A stretch of DNA of 64,000 nt, from NCBI RefSeq assembly GCF_044704955.1, contig NC_091989.1, positions 22,010,001 to 22,074,000 of the forward strand. The letters run 5' to 3'. The translations under genes and the position numbers were made by a program. The notes beneath the pieces are model-generated. The model ran no database searches. It was given only the letters and a program-made list of their open reading frames with translations, and was not told the origin of the DNA. Shown in pieces: positions 34,621 through 47,100 of the stretch (position 1 is its first letter; the number at the start of each line of letters is the position of its first letter). This DNA is from Pristiophorus japonicus. Lineage: Eukaryota.

Positions 34621-35048
34621 ACTGATAAGTTGTAAATGCTAGACTTGGACATCAAGCCAGGAGACCAATCCTGGATCAATGCAGAGTGTATAAGGGCGTA
34701 CCAGGAACAGCGCCAGGCGGAACTTAGAATGAGACACACAGATTTCTCTTCCCATCACAATTCAGGCACCATGCCACTCGAAAAAAAGTCTTTAGTCACA
34801 TTTTTCTGCTTTGGCAGTTCTGTTTAAAATGTGACCAAGACGTTTTCGTGGGTTACACATTCGGAGTTATTCATTTATTCACTAGAATTGTGTAATATTG
34901 TTGTGCAGATCTGCCAAAGATGAGTGATGGTTGTAGCAAGTCGATACATAGAGTCATAGCATTTATCATTTTAATCATTATTGATGGATATTATTTTACT
35001 CTCATTTAGAACATTTTCACAGTTGCATTTTTTGTCTTCACTGGCTAG

Positions 35049-35145
35049 ATTATTAAATACTTTTGGACACTAAGTTTCGTCAGAGGCAGCTGTTCTAATA
35101 ATATCCGCAACATGATACCCTCCATTGGAAAACAACTCTCTTCAG
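35049..35145 (+). CDS. Probable ACOT exon 2 with start codon (ATG 35112; [12 protein letters not shown])
   Basis: Pyrimidine tract plus ctggctag acceptor; CAG|GTACAG donor; phase 1 matches the phase-1 acceptor at 41352; A at -3 of the ATG; lies in non-repetitive DNA. Confidence 0.6.
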
Positions 35146-38100
35146 GTACAGTATTATACTGTATAGTCTTACTATCGTAACTTTTTGAATTAAGTGAAAA
35201 ATGATGGATGGCGACTTTAATTGGTTTCTGAATTTGTAGTCGATTCGTCAATTTTTTTTGTATAATGTATGGTTTACTATTGTCTGCTGGAAAAGGCACA
35301 TAATATAGCTCTGGTTAAAATGTTTAAAATCGCAATTTGCTGGAATCGCAGCTTTGGGGGTTCCAGCACTACTAATAACAGTTAATGAACTGCTGCTTAA
35401 TAACCTCGGTCATCATAATAAATAGATCAAATTAATGAACCTGTGACATAAAGTATTCTAGATACTACATCTATAAAAAGCAGGAATGAAAAAAGGCTGT
35501 GTTATTCCCTCCACAACTTCCACAGACCATGTATATTCTGCTCTGTTGTTTAGTATAATCCCTTGTGCAGTGTACTGAGGAGTTCTGCATAAATACTCCC
35601 TGATTCCCAAAGACAATTTATCAAAACTTCAGGATGTTAATTCAGCCCCACATTTCCATTAATGCCTTCCTCAGGCAATGTCATTCCCCTCCTTGTATAT
35701 TTATTTGAAAACAATGAGCGCAAAATGAGCAACAACGAATTGGCAGCCCATTTTACACCCGCAAAATGTTATTTTCCATTGAAATCATATATAGGTGTTT
35801 TAGAAGAGCATGTGCATAAAGTGTTCGAGGTTAGAAAAGTATTGGTTCAAAAATGTTAGTGTAACTCAAAAATGGATAAATGATTGGGTCTGATGGCATG
35901 CACCCTAGGCTGTTGAGAGAAGTTCTAGAGATGATAGAAATTCTGACCACAATTTTTCAATCCTAAGGGAGAGTAGGGTACACTGGGTAACTATAAATCA
36001 GTTAGGCTTACATCTTGGAATCTATGATTTGAAATCAAATTAATCAGCATTTATGAATATATAGGATAATCAAGGACAGCCTTGTTTGGACAAATTTGAG
36101 AGCTTTTTGAACAAATGGCTAAATGTCTAGATTAAAGGGAATGCAGTAGATGTAGTGTAAATAGATTTTCGGAAGGCATCTCACAAAAGGCTTGCTACAA
36201 AAATCCAGGCATATTGGGCTGGAAATCCGAGCCACCCCAGGTTCGTACTGAGTGCCTACGGACCCGGGAAGACATCGCAAAAGCCGGGTTTCAGTACACA
36301 ATGCGCATGTGCTGAAAACTGGCTTTTCCGATCTGTCAAGCTGGAGCTTGACAGATCCAACCCATATCAGGTGTGAGGACATTGGCAAGAGAAAGATTGC
36401 AGGATTTACCCATATCTTGCCCAGCAAATGTCCTCAAAATTCTTGCGCCTGATAAAAGCAGGCGTATAGCCTACTTTTACAGGCGTAAGAGTTTTAAAAA
36501 CATACAAAAATATAATGAAATTAAATTTAAAAAACACATTATTTTTAAAAACCCTGCCCACTGTTACATTTATTTTTAACCATAATTAAAAAAACTTTAA
36601 AAAAAACTCAATTTTTTTTCTCTGATATTTATTGACTTTAATTTTAATTACGTGAGGTGTGTTTTTTATTTATTATATGTTTAGTGTGTTTGTTTTTTTT
36701 TCTCATTAATAGCAATGGGAACTCGTAGATACGGAGTTCTCATTGCTATTAATGAGAAAGCTGTGGAACACTGTACCTGATTGGCTGAGCAGTCACATGT
36801 GACTGCATCTTCTTTGTGGGAACCTGGAGGACGGGAGCGCGCTTCGCAGCGCGGGAAGAGAAGGCCTCCCCAACGGAATCGCAGGCTCCACCCGGACCAC
36901 CAGGCAAATTCGTAGAAGTGTTTCAGGTCGGAGGCCATTGCCCGCGGGATGCCTTTGACAGCAATTCCAGCCCCATTGTATAAGAGGAAATGCAGCAGAA
37001 TGGGTAGAAAATAGATTAAGACACAGAAAATAAAGCCTATGGGTATTACTCAGAATAGAGAAGGTTTTGAAGTGATGTACGATCAGAGCTTAGGGAGCAC
37101 AATATTGTAATTTTCTGACTGCAGAGTGCTTGTCAAATATTAAGGAGGGCTGTGGTTAGAAAAAATTTCATTAGGATATAGACAGGTTAGTGGAATGGCA
37201 GACAGGTGGTAGATGGAATTCAATATGTGAAGTGTGAGATAATGCATTGGAATAAAAAAAGGATTGGGATATACAATTAGTTGAGCTGTTCAAAAAATGT
37301 GAAGAGCTGAGAAACTAACTAAGAAATTCCTTAAAAGTCATTTTGTATAGCCTATATGAGCAAAGAGGTAATAAGTTTGTACATCACTAGACGACACACA
37401 GCTCTACCTCACCATCACACATCTCAACCCCTCCACTGTTTCTGATTTGTCATGCTGCTTGTCTGACCTCCGGTCCTTAATGAGCAGAAATATCCTCTAA
37501 CTAAATATTGGGAAGACCGAAGCCATTATCTTCGGTTCCCGGCACAATCTCCGTTCTCTAGCCACCGACTCCATCCCTCTCTCTACACTATCTGAGGCTG
37601 AACTGGAGCATTCACAAATGAGATGAATTTCCAACCACAAATCTGGTTCATAAGATACATAAGAAATAGGAGCAGGAGTAGGCCACGTGGCCCCTCGAGT
37701 CTGTTCTGCCATTTAATAAGATCATGGTTAAATTAAAACGTAGGACCTCAAAAGTAGTAATCTCAGGATTGCTACCAGTGCCACGTGCTAGTCAGAGTAG
37801 GAATCACAGGATAGCTCAGATGAATACGTGGCTTGGGCAGTGGTGCAGCAGGGAGGGATTCAAATTCCTGGGGCATTGGAACCGGTTCTGGGGGAGGTGG
37901 GACCAGTACATACCGGACGGTCTGCACCTAGGCAGGACCGGAACCAATGTCCTAGGGGGAGTGTTTGCTAGTGCTGTTGGGGAGGAGTTAAACTAATATG
38001 GCAGGGGGATGGGAACCAATGCAGGGAGACAGAGGGAAACAAAAAGGAGACAAAAGCAAAAGACAGAAAGGAGATGAGTAAAAGTGGAGGGCAGAGAAAC

Positions 38101-41100
38101 CCAAGGCAAAAAACAAAAAGGGCCACTGAATGGAAAGGGGCTGCATGAGGGGTCAAAACTAAAAATCATGGTTTAAAAACTAGTATTAAAACACTCTACC
38201 TAAACGCATGCAGCATTCGAAATAAAGTAAATGAGTTGACGGCACAAATCATTACAAATGGGTATGATTTGGTGGCCATTACAGAAACGTGGTTGCAGGG
38301 GGGCCAAGACTGGGAATTAAACATACAGGGGTATCTGACGATTCGGAAAGATAGACAAGAAGGGAAAGGAGATGGGATAGCTCTGTTAATAAAGGATGAT
38401 ATCAGGGCAGTTGTGAGAGACGATATTGGCTCTAATGAACAAAATGTTGAATCATTGTGGGTGGAGATTAGAGATAGTAAAGGGAAAAAGTCACTGGTGG
38501 GCGTAGTTTATAGGCCCCCAAATAATAACTTCACGGTGGGGCAGGCAATAATCAAGGGAATAATGGAGGCATGTGAAAAAGGAACGGCAGTAATCATGAG
38601 GGATTTTAACCTACATATTGATTGGTCAAATCAAATCGCACGGGGTAGCCTGGAGGAGGAATTCATAGAATGCATATGGGATTGTTTCTTAGAACAGTAT
38701 GTTACAGAACCTACAAGGGAGCAAGCTATCTTAGATCTGGTCCTGTGTAATGAGACAGGAATAATAAACGATCTCCTAGTAAAAGATCCTCTCGGAATGA
38801 GTGATCACAGTATGGTTGAATTTGTAATACAGATTGAGGGTGAGGAAGTAGTGTCTCAAACGAGCGTACTATGCTTAAACAAAGGGGACTATAGTGGGAT
38901 GAGGGCAGAGTTGGCTAAAGTAGACTGGAAACACAGACTAAACGGTGGCACAATTGAGGAACAGTGAAGGACTTTTAAGGAGCTCTTTCATAGTGCTCAA
39001 CAAAAATATATTCCAGTGAAAAAGAAGGGCGGTAAGAGAAGGGATAACCAGCCGTGGATAAACAAGGAAATAAAGGAGAGTATCAAATTAAAAACCAATG
39101 CGTATAAGGTGGCCAAGGTTAGTGGGAAAATAGAAGATTGGGAACATTTTAAACGACAGCAAAGAATGACTAAGAAAGCAATAAAGAAAGGAAAGATAGA
39201 TTACAAAGGTAAACTTGCGCAAAACATAAAAACGGATAGTAAAAGCTTTTACAGATATATAAAACGGAAAAGAGTGACTAAAGTAAATGTTGGTCCCTTA
39301 GAAGATGAGAAGGGGGATTTAATAATGGGAAATGTGGAAATGGCTGAGACCGTAAACAATTATTTTGCTTCGGTCTTCACAGTGGAAGACACAGAAACCA
39401 TGCCAGAAATTGCTAGTCACAGGAATGTGGGAAGGGAGGACCTTGAGATAATCAGGGAGATGAAGGGGTTACCTTATGATGATAGATTGAGTAGACTGGG
39501 TCTTTACTCGTTGGAGTTCAGAAGGATGAGGGGTGATCTTATAGAAACATTTAAAATAATGAAAGGGATAGACAAGATAGAGGCAGAGAGGTTGTTTCCA
39601 CTGGTCGGGGAGACTAGAACTAGGGAGCACAGCCTCAAAATACGGGGGAGCCAATTTAAAACCGAGTTGAGAAGGAATTTCTTCTCCCAGAGGGTTGTGA
39701 ATCTGTGGAATTCTCTGCTCAAGGAAGCAGTTGAGGCTAGCTCATTGAATGTATTCAAGTCACAGATAGATAGATTTTTAACCAATAAGGTAATTAAGGG
39801 TCACGGGGAGCGGGCGGGTAAGTGGAGCTGAGTCCACGGCCAGATCAACCATGATCTTGTTGAATGGTGGAGCAGGCTAGATGGCCTACTCCTGTTCCTA
39901 ATTCTTATGTTCTTATGGCTGATCTAATCATGGACTTCCCTGCCTGCTCCCCATAACCCTTTATTCCCTTATCACTCAAAAATCTGTCTATCTCCACTTT
40001 AAATATATTCAATGACCCAGCCTCCACAGCTCTCTGGGGCAGAGAATTCCATAGATTTGCAACCCTCAGAGAAGAAATATCTCCTCATCTTGGTTTTAAA
40101 TTGACGGCACCTTATTCTACGTCCCCTAGTTTTAGTTTCCCCTATGAGTGGAAATATCCACTCTGCATCCACCTTGTCGATTGAGCCCCCTCATTATCTT
40201 ATATGTTTCGATAAGATCACCTCTCATTCTTCTGAACTCCAATGTGTATAGGCCCAACCTATTCAACCTATCTTCATAAGTCAACCCCCTCATCTCCAGA
40301 ATCAACCTAGTGAACCTTCTCTGAACAGCCTCCAATGCACGTATATCCTTCTTTAAATATGGAGACCAAAACTGTACGCAGTACTCTAGGTGTGGCCTCA
40401 CCAATACCCTGTACAGTTGTAGCAGGACTTCTCTGCTTTTATACTCTATCCCCCTTGCAATAAAGGCCAATATTCCATTTGTCTTCCTGATTACTTGCTG
40501 TACCTGCATCTCCGTAACATCGCCTGTCTCCGACCATGCCTTAGCTCATCCGTTGCTGAAACACTCATACATGCCTTAATACCTCTAAACTTGACTATTT
40601 AAATGCTCTCCTGGCTGCAGTCCCATCTTCTACCCTCCCGAAATTTGAACCCATCCAAAACTCTGTTGCCCGTATCCTAACTTGCACCAAGTCCCGTTCA
40701 CCCATCACCACTCTGTTCGATGACCTACATTGGCCCCAGAACTGGCAACGCCTTGATTTTTAAATTCTTATCCTTGTTTTCAAATCTGTCCCTGGCCTCG
40801 CCCCTCCCTGTCTCTCTAACCTCCTGCAGCCCTCCAACCCTCGGAGATCTCTGCGATGCTCTAATTCTGGCCTCTTGTACATCGCCGATTTTAATCACTC
40901 CACCATTGGTAGCCATGCCTTCAGCTGTCTGGGCCCTAGGATCTGGAACTCTCTCCCTAAGCCTCTCTGCCACTTACACACCTCACCTCCTTTAAGATGC
41001 TCCTTAAAACCTATCTGTTTCACCAAGTTGTTGGGGACCTGTCCTAATTTCTCCTTATGTATCTTGGTGTCAAACTTTGTTTGATAACGCTCTTGTGAAG

Positions 41101-44100
41101 TGCATTGTGACATGTTATTATGTTAAAGGTGCTCTTTAAATGCAAGTTGTTGCTGATTGGTTCATTACCTGCACCACACAAGCATATTATCATTCTATAA
41201 GATCAGATTCTGTTGGTGAAAGTTGAATTGTTTTAATGAATTTTATTTAGCTGATTTTAAAATCTACCCTATACATTAAGGATGAATAATTTAAAGAAAA
41301 TGATTTCCATTACTGGAGTATACATGGATATTTGTTTTTTTTTCCATCTAGGTGCTGTGAGAAGATACAGTCACAGTGTGGCACCCATGATCAAAGCAGA
41401 GCCAGCAAGAGGACTTGTGGATGAGCCAGTCAAGCTTGAGGTTGTACATTTAGTGCCAAACCAACGAGTTACATTGCATTCAATGCTGCTGTCTGAGGAC
41501 TCTGATTGGTGGGAGGCATATGCCCACTATGTCAGTGATTCAGAGGGGATTGTCCGAGGTTTGTGCAAATAAGTTACGCTGTGCAATTTGTTTCTTTGCA
41601 ACTATTACCTTTACAAAGTAACTCCTCATCATTCAAACATTGGGAGAATTTTAACCCCCAAGTACGGGTGGGTGGGAAGTAAAAGAAAAATGTTAATCTC
41701 AAACCAGCCCCAACCCACTCGCTTCCAGTTTTAACAGAGTCCCCTCCCCTTGCCCCCCACAGAGCCATCTCTGACTCCGAGCCATCTCCGACCCCGACCC
41801 CTGCACTCGTCCTCAGCGCCCCTGCCGTTTCTGACCTCTGCCCTGCGCCCCCTCCCCCCCCCACCCCTGGGTGGGGGCACTGCCACATGTGGATCAGTGG
41901 CCTGGCTCGGGTTTGGGGGGGGTGGCGGGGAGGAGAAGGGATCCGAGGCCTTGTGGGGGTTGGGTTAGGCAGGAACGCTGGATCCAGGAGATAAGTATAA
42001 AGGCACTTAGCTCCTGGATGCAACAGTACTCACCTTACTTTATCTGGTAGGTTTCACGGGGCCTGCAAAACCCAACCAACTATAGTTAAATTTAAAATGG
42101 GGACTAAATCTGAGACATGGCAGCCTCATTATAATAATTAAATGGGAGACCCAAATCCTGGGAGCGGGTTGACTGCCTGCCCCCCCCATCCTGCCATCGT
42201 TAAAACCAGACGTGGGCGGGTTCTGGTCGGGATTTAGACTTTTGACATTTTAACTTCCCACCTGTTTTATTTGGGTTAAAGTCCCCCCCCCCCCGATTGC
42301 CATTACAACCTGCAAGAGTGAAATAAGTTTAAATTAGAAAAGAGCAATTTGGACTAAATATTACACACATTCTAAATATCTTGACCTAATGGGACTTGCA
42401 GTAAATCTAAGCATTAAGGGAGATAAATGAGAAACCTTTTCACTGAAATTGTCAACAGAATTGATTCTAAGAAGGGAAAGTGTATCTATTAAATATATAG
42501 GGGCTGAAATTGCCTCGCACCCCAATTGGGGGCGGTACCCTTCCAGGCCGGGACATTTATCGTCGGGCCCGGAAGCTTCCCCACTCGATGTAGATTTGGC
42601 CACGTGCGCCCCTCCAAGGAAGCGGAATGCTACAATGCCCCTCCCTTTCAGTTAAGGGAGAGGGTCGCTGTGCACTCTGCAGGCCCTTTAGTGGCCAGCC
42701 ACTGGACCACCAGGGACGCAGTCGACCAGGCCAGTGGCCCGGGACCCATATCGGAGTGCCGGTCGATCCGTGGACCACCATTCTTGCGTCGACTGACAAA
42801 ATAAAATGCCGGTCCAGGGCGCTAAAGGCCTCCCCTTTAAGGGGCGCCCCACCGGCCAGTAGAGCAATTTCCCCCATAGGGCACAAAGGGGTCGGTGCGG
42901 GGTGATAAGCGGCCGCGTGCACAGCGATGACGTTATTCGGGATGATGCTAATTGCTGGGCGCGGCGCTAACAGCACTGCTCCCCCCAAACCTCTGGGGCA
43001 ATTTCCTGAGAGGCACAATCACCCCCCTCGGCCAGGCAAAAACTTCATTGTGCCCCACGGACGTGCTAATGGGGCTATAAAAAGGGGCAATTTCGGTCTC
43101 ATAACCTTTAAATTTTGTAATATTTGATATATGCCTTCTGTTCAGTAAAATGAGATTTCGAAAAAAAAATGTTCATATGAATGGTCTTCAGTATTTTAGC
43201 TTTTCATCTGGATAGAAGTGATGCTAGCAGAAGCCTACAGTAAAGTTCCTTTAATGATATTGTTCACAGTCACCAGAGATAAGTCACTGGGAGGCACGTA
43301 CACTGACCAGGAACCGATGGGCTTATTATGGAGCATGAAGCTGGCACCTGGCAGTCGCCCTGGAATGAGGTACACTTTTTTTTAAATGCTGTGGACTTTA
43401 ACCCACATTGATCTATTAAAAGATAGAAGACTGCTTAAATTTATATTTATGTGCTGTTTAAAAACTTTTTGGAAGCAAATAGACCTGTGATAATTTCTTT
43501 ATATAAATTGGTAGAAAATATTTTCCCTTCCTCTTTGCTCCTCTTTGTCCATGTTTTATTTTCACTTCCACTGGTAATCTCCCTGTGAGTATAATAAAAA
43601 TAAAAATCCTATTTTTTGTGAATTTTGCAATCACCAAGTTTGCTGAGAAATGGTTTTCCAGTTTGAAGCTTACGCTAGTCAGCCTGAATAGTGTACTTCA
43701 ATCCCAATCCCAGAATACCCCCTAGTATACCAGTATGATTTTTCAGTTTTTCCACAGTGATCATTCTGTGGTCTTTCTGAGGTGAGCTTGCCATACGTGG
43801 GTGGTTTTGTGTTATGGGCCCATGCCCACTCAACGTGACTGAGTCTGCCCAGTGGGCCATCTGGCCCCTCGAGCCTGCTCCGCCATTTAATAAGATCATG
43901 GCTGATCTGATCATGGACTCAGCTCACTTCCCTGCCCGCTCCCCATAACCCTTTATTCCCTTATCACTCAAAAATCAGTCTATCTCCGCCTTAAATATAT
44001 TCAATGACCCAGCCTCCACAGAGCATTCCATAGATTTACAACTCTCTGAGAGAAGGAATTCCTCATCATCTCAGTTTTAAATGGGCGGCCCCTTATTCTG

Positions 44101-47100
44101 AGACTATGTCCCCTATGTGGAAATAGCCTCTCTGCATCCACCTTGTCGAGCCCCCTCATTATCTTATAAGTTTCAATAAGATCACCTCTCATTCTTCTGA
44201 ACTCCAATGAGTATAGGCCCAACCTACTCAACCTATCTTCATAAGTCAACCCCCTTATCTCCAGAATCAACCTAGTGAAACTTCTCTGAACGGCCTCCAA
44301 TGCAAATATATCCTTCCTTAAATATGGAGACCAAAACTGTATGCAGTACCCTAGGTATGGCCTCACCAATACCCTGTACAGTTGTAGCAGGACTTCTCTG
44401 CTTTTACACTCTATCCCCCTTGCAATAAAGGCCAACGTTCCATTTGCCTTCCTGATCACTTGCTGTACTTGCATACTAACTTTTTGTGTTTCATGCACAA
44501 GGACCCCCAGGTCCCTCTATACTGTAGCACTTTGCAATTTTTCTCCATTTAAATTATAATTTGCGTTTTTTTTTCTACCAAAGTGGATAACCTCACATTC
44601 TCCCACATTATACTCCATCTGCCAAATGTTTCCCACTCACTTAGCCGGTCTATATCCCTTTGCAGATTTTGTGTGTCCTCCTCACAATTTGCTTTCCCAC
44701 CCATCTTTGTATCATCAGCAAACTTGGCTACATTACACTCGGTCCCTTCATCCAAGTCATTAATATAGACAGTTAACAAACATAGGAGACTTTCATTCCA
44801 TCAATCTCCGTTGGATTTAAGTCCTGGTACTAGATATGAAAGGTAAGTATTGTGATGGTTTGCAATCTTTTGACCATTTTTTTTCAAAGAAAGGATTGGG
44901 TGAGCGGGGGAAGGTGGAAGGTACCTTAAATTTTGAGTTTTGATGCATAGCGCATTCCTGCAAGACAAAAAGGAGTCTGAGGCAGTAGGTAATTAAATTG
45001 CTGATGAGCTATCTTTAATGTCATTCCCTTATAGACTGCAAATAATAGGCAATTTGTTAGCTTGTCTCAGTAATCAAAAAATATCTTGCACCCATTGTGT
45101 TAGAAGATTTTTAATCTTGTTTGTGAACAGCCAGAAATAAAGCAGGGTTACAGGTACTGGAAGGCTTTTGGAACAGGCAGCGGTAGGATGTGAGGAGGAA
45201 GAAATACCAGAGACAGATGTTAGAAATGTACTTTTAAGTCGAGCAAGATGACCACTGAGTGGGGTACTGTGGTGTTTTTTAGTTTTGTATTATTATGTGA
45301 AGATCATAATTATTGCTCCGTATGTTCATCTGCATGAAATAAAACAGATTAATGGTTCATATCAGCATTGCCATGGACAGCACTGAGCAATCGATTACAT
45401 AAGCTTTAGCGCCAAATTCAAAAGAAAAATTATTTTTCAAACTTGGACTGGCATCACTGTGGTTGCTGACAACGGTCTGCTGCAGCAGCTCTCTGAGGTC
45501 TGCCACAGCCGCTCTCTGAGGTCTGCCACAGCCACTCTCCAAACCCGTGGCATGCGGCCTCGGCCAGGGAGCCCACCCGAGTAATGGAAATGGCCCTGAG
45601 GCTGGAAAATCACCTGGAGTCAGGCAATAGACCTAATTGTACTAAACAGGAAAATGTATGTCATCACATTTCTAAATCTATTTTGACTTTTAGCAGCAGG
45701 TTATAATCCTAGCATGTGTCAATTTACCTTTTAGGCTAAGGAAGAAGGATGTGACTGTCCCATATTCGGTAACCATTTCTGTGTATGATGAATGGATTTC
45801 CAGTGACTTTGACAAGGCAGCAGTACTGGCATCAATTGTATTAGAACGTTTTTATATGGCGCCAGGCACCACCAGGTTAGAGGTCAAAGAGGGTCGTATC
45901 ATTGGAACAATGTTCTTTCCACCAGGTAAATGATGTTTCACTATTGATTTTTGTTTCTTTTGCATCCAGCATGCCATGGATCATTCTGCAGTTATGGATT
46001 TTTCTGAATGCTTACCTGATTAGCCATGATCTTATTAAATGGCAGAGCAGGCTTGAGGGGTCAAATGGACGACTCCTGCTCCTATTTCTTATGTTCTGAT
46101 TCTTTACTATGGAAACAGAGAGAAATAACTAATGCTACATAGCATTCATTGTGTGTCTCAAGATGTCCCAAAGTGCTTTGCTTTGTATACAGTGAATTAC
46201 ATTGAAGTGGAATCACAGCAGCCAGTTTTCACACAGCAAGATCCCACATTCAGATAGTGCATGAATGGCCAGATTGTTTCTGTCTGGTAATGGTAGTTAA
46301 GCAAGAAATGTTAGCTAGGACTCCAGGACTTCCTGCTTTTCTTCAGATAGTGCAATGAGATCTTTAACGTTCACCTGAACTACACAAACCGGCAGATCGG
46401 GGCAATTTCGGCTCCATTGTCTTTGGTCCAGCCACAAACTCTGTTCCCTAGCCACTGACTCCATTACTCTCCCTGGCAATTGTCGTAGGCTGAACCAGAC
46501 TGTTCGCAACCATGGTGTCGTCTTTTATCCCGAGATGAGCTTCCGACCACATATCCGTGTCATCAATATGACCGCCTGTTTCCACCTATCCTTGAGGGGT
46601 CAAGGACAGAATCTTCCTTGTGTAATGCCTGATTTTGCACCCCCAATCATGGAACCTAATTTTTTGCCGAATTTTGCATAAGATGGCGCTAACTTTTTCC
46701 AGGCGGTATTAGGACCACCACGCCACCATTACCGCCCCAAAATCTCAAAAGCCGAAAATCCAGCCCATAGAGTAGTGATAATGGGGGACTTCAACTATGT
46801 GTTGTACAATTGTTGTGAAACACCTTGGGATGTTTTACTATGTTAAAGGTGCTATATAAATAAAAGTTATAATAATTATTATTATCCTAATATAGACTGG
46901 GATAGTAATAGTGTAAAGGGCAGAGAGGGGGAAGAATTATTGAAATGTGTTCAGGAGAACTTTCTTGATCAGTTCATTTTTGACCCAACGAGGATTGATG
47001 GATATGGTTCAGGGGAATGAGGTGGGGCAAGTGGAGCTAGTATCAGTAGGAGAACATTTAGGGAACAGTGATCATGGTATCATGAGGTTTAGATTAACTA

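Larger units (their letters stand above)
37390..41150 (+). mobile_element. L2 3' part split into ~37390-37645 and ~40510-41150 by nested CR1s
   Basis: [18 protein letters not shown], later HLRNIA.LRPCL..SKLDY.NALL; L2 3' tail. Confidence 0.85.

Noticed and set aside
34909-34960. Possible extra ACOT exon after ttgtgcag with an ATG at ~34920
   Set aside because: No convincing donor or phase match to the next exon; cannot be supported without transcripts.
41282-41351. ORF-track N-terminus [12 protein letters not shown]... for the ACOT
   Set aside because: Intronic; it runs through the polypyrimidine tract and AG acceptor at 41350-41351.
42500-43100. CpG-rich block as an internal ACOT promoter or coding ORFs
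   Set aside because: Bounded by TIRs and an ATA TSD, so it is a MITE; its ORFs have no recognisable motifs.
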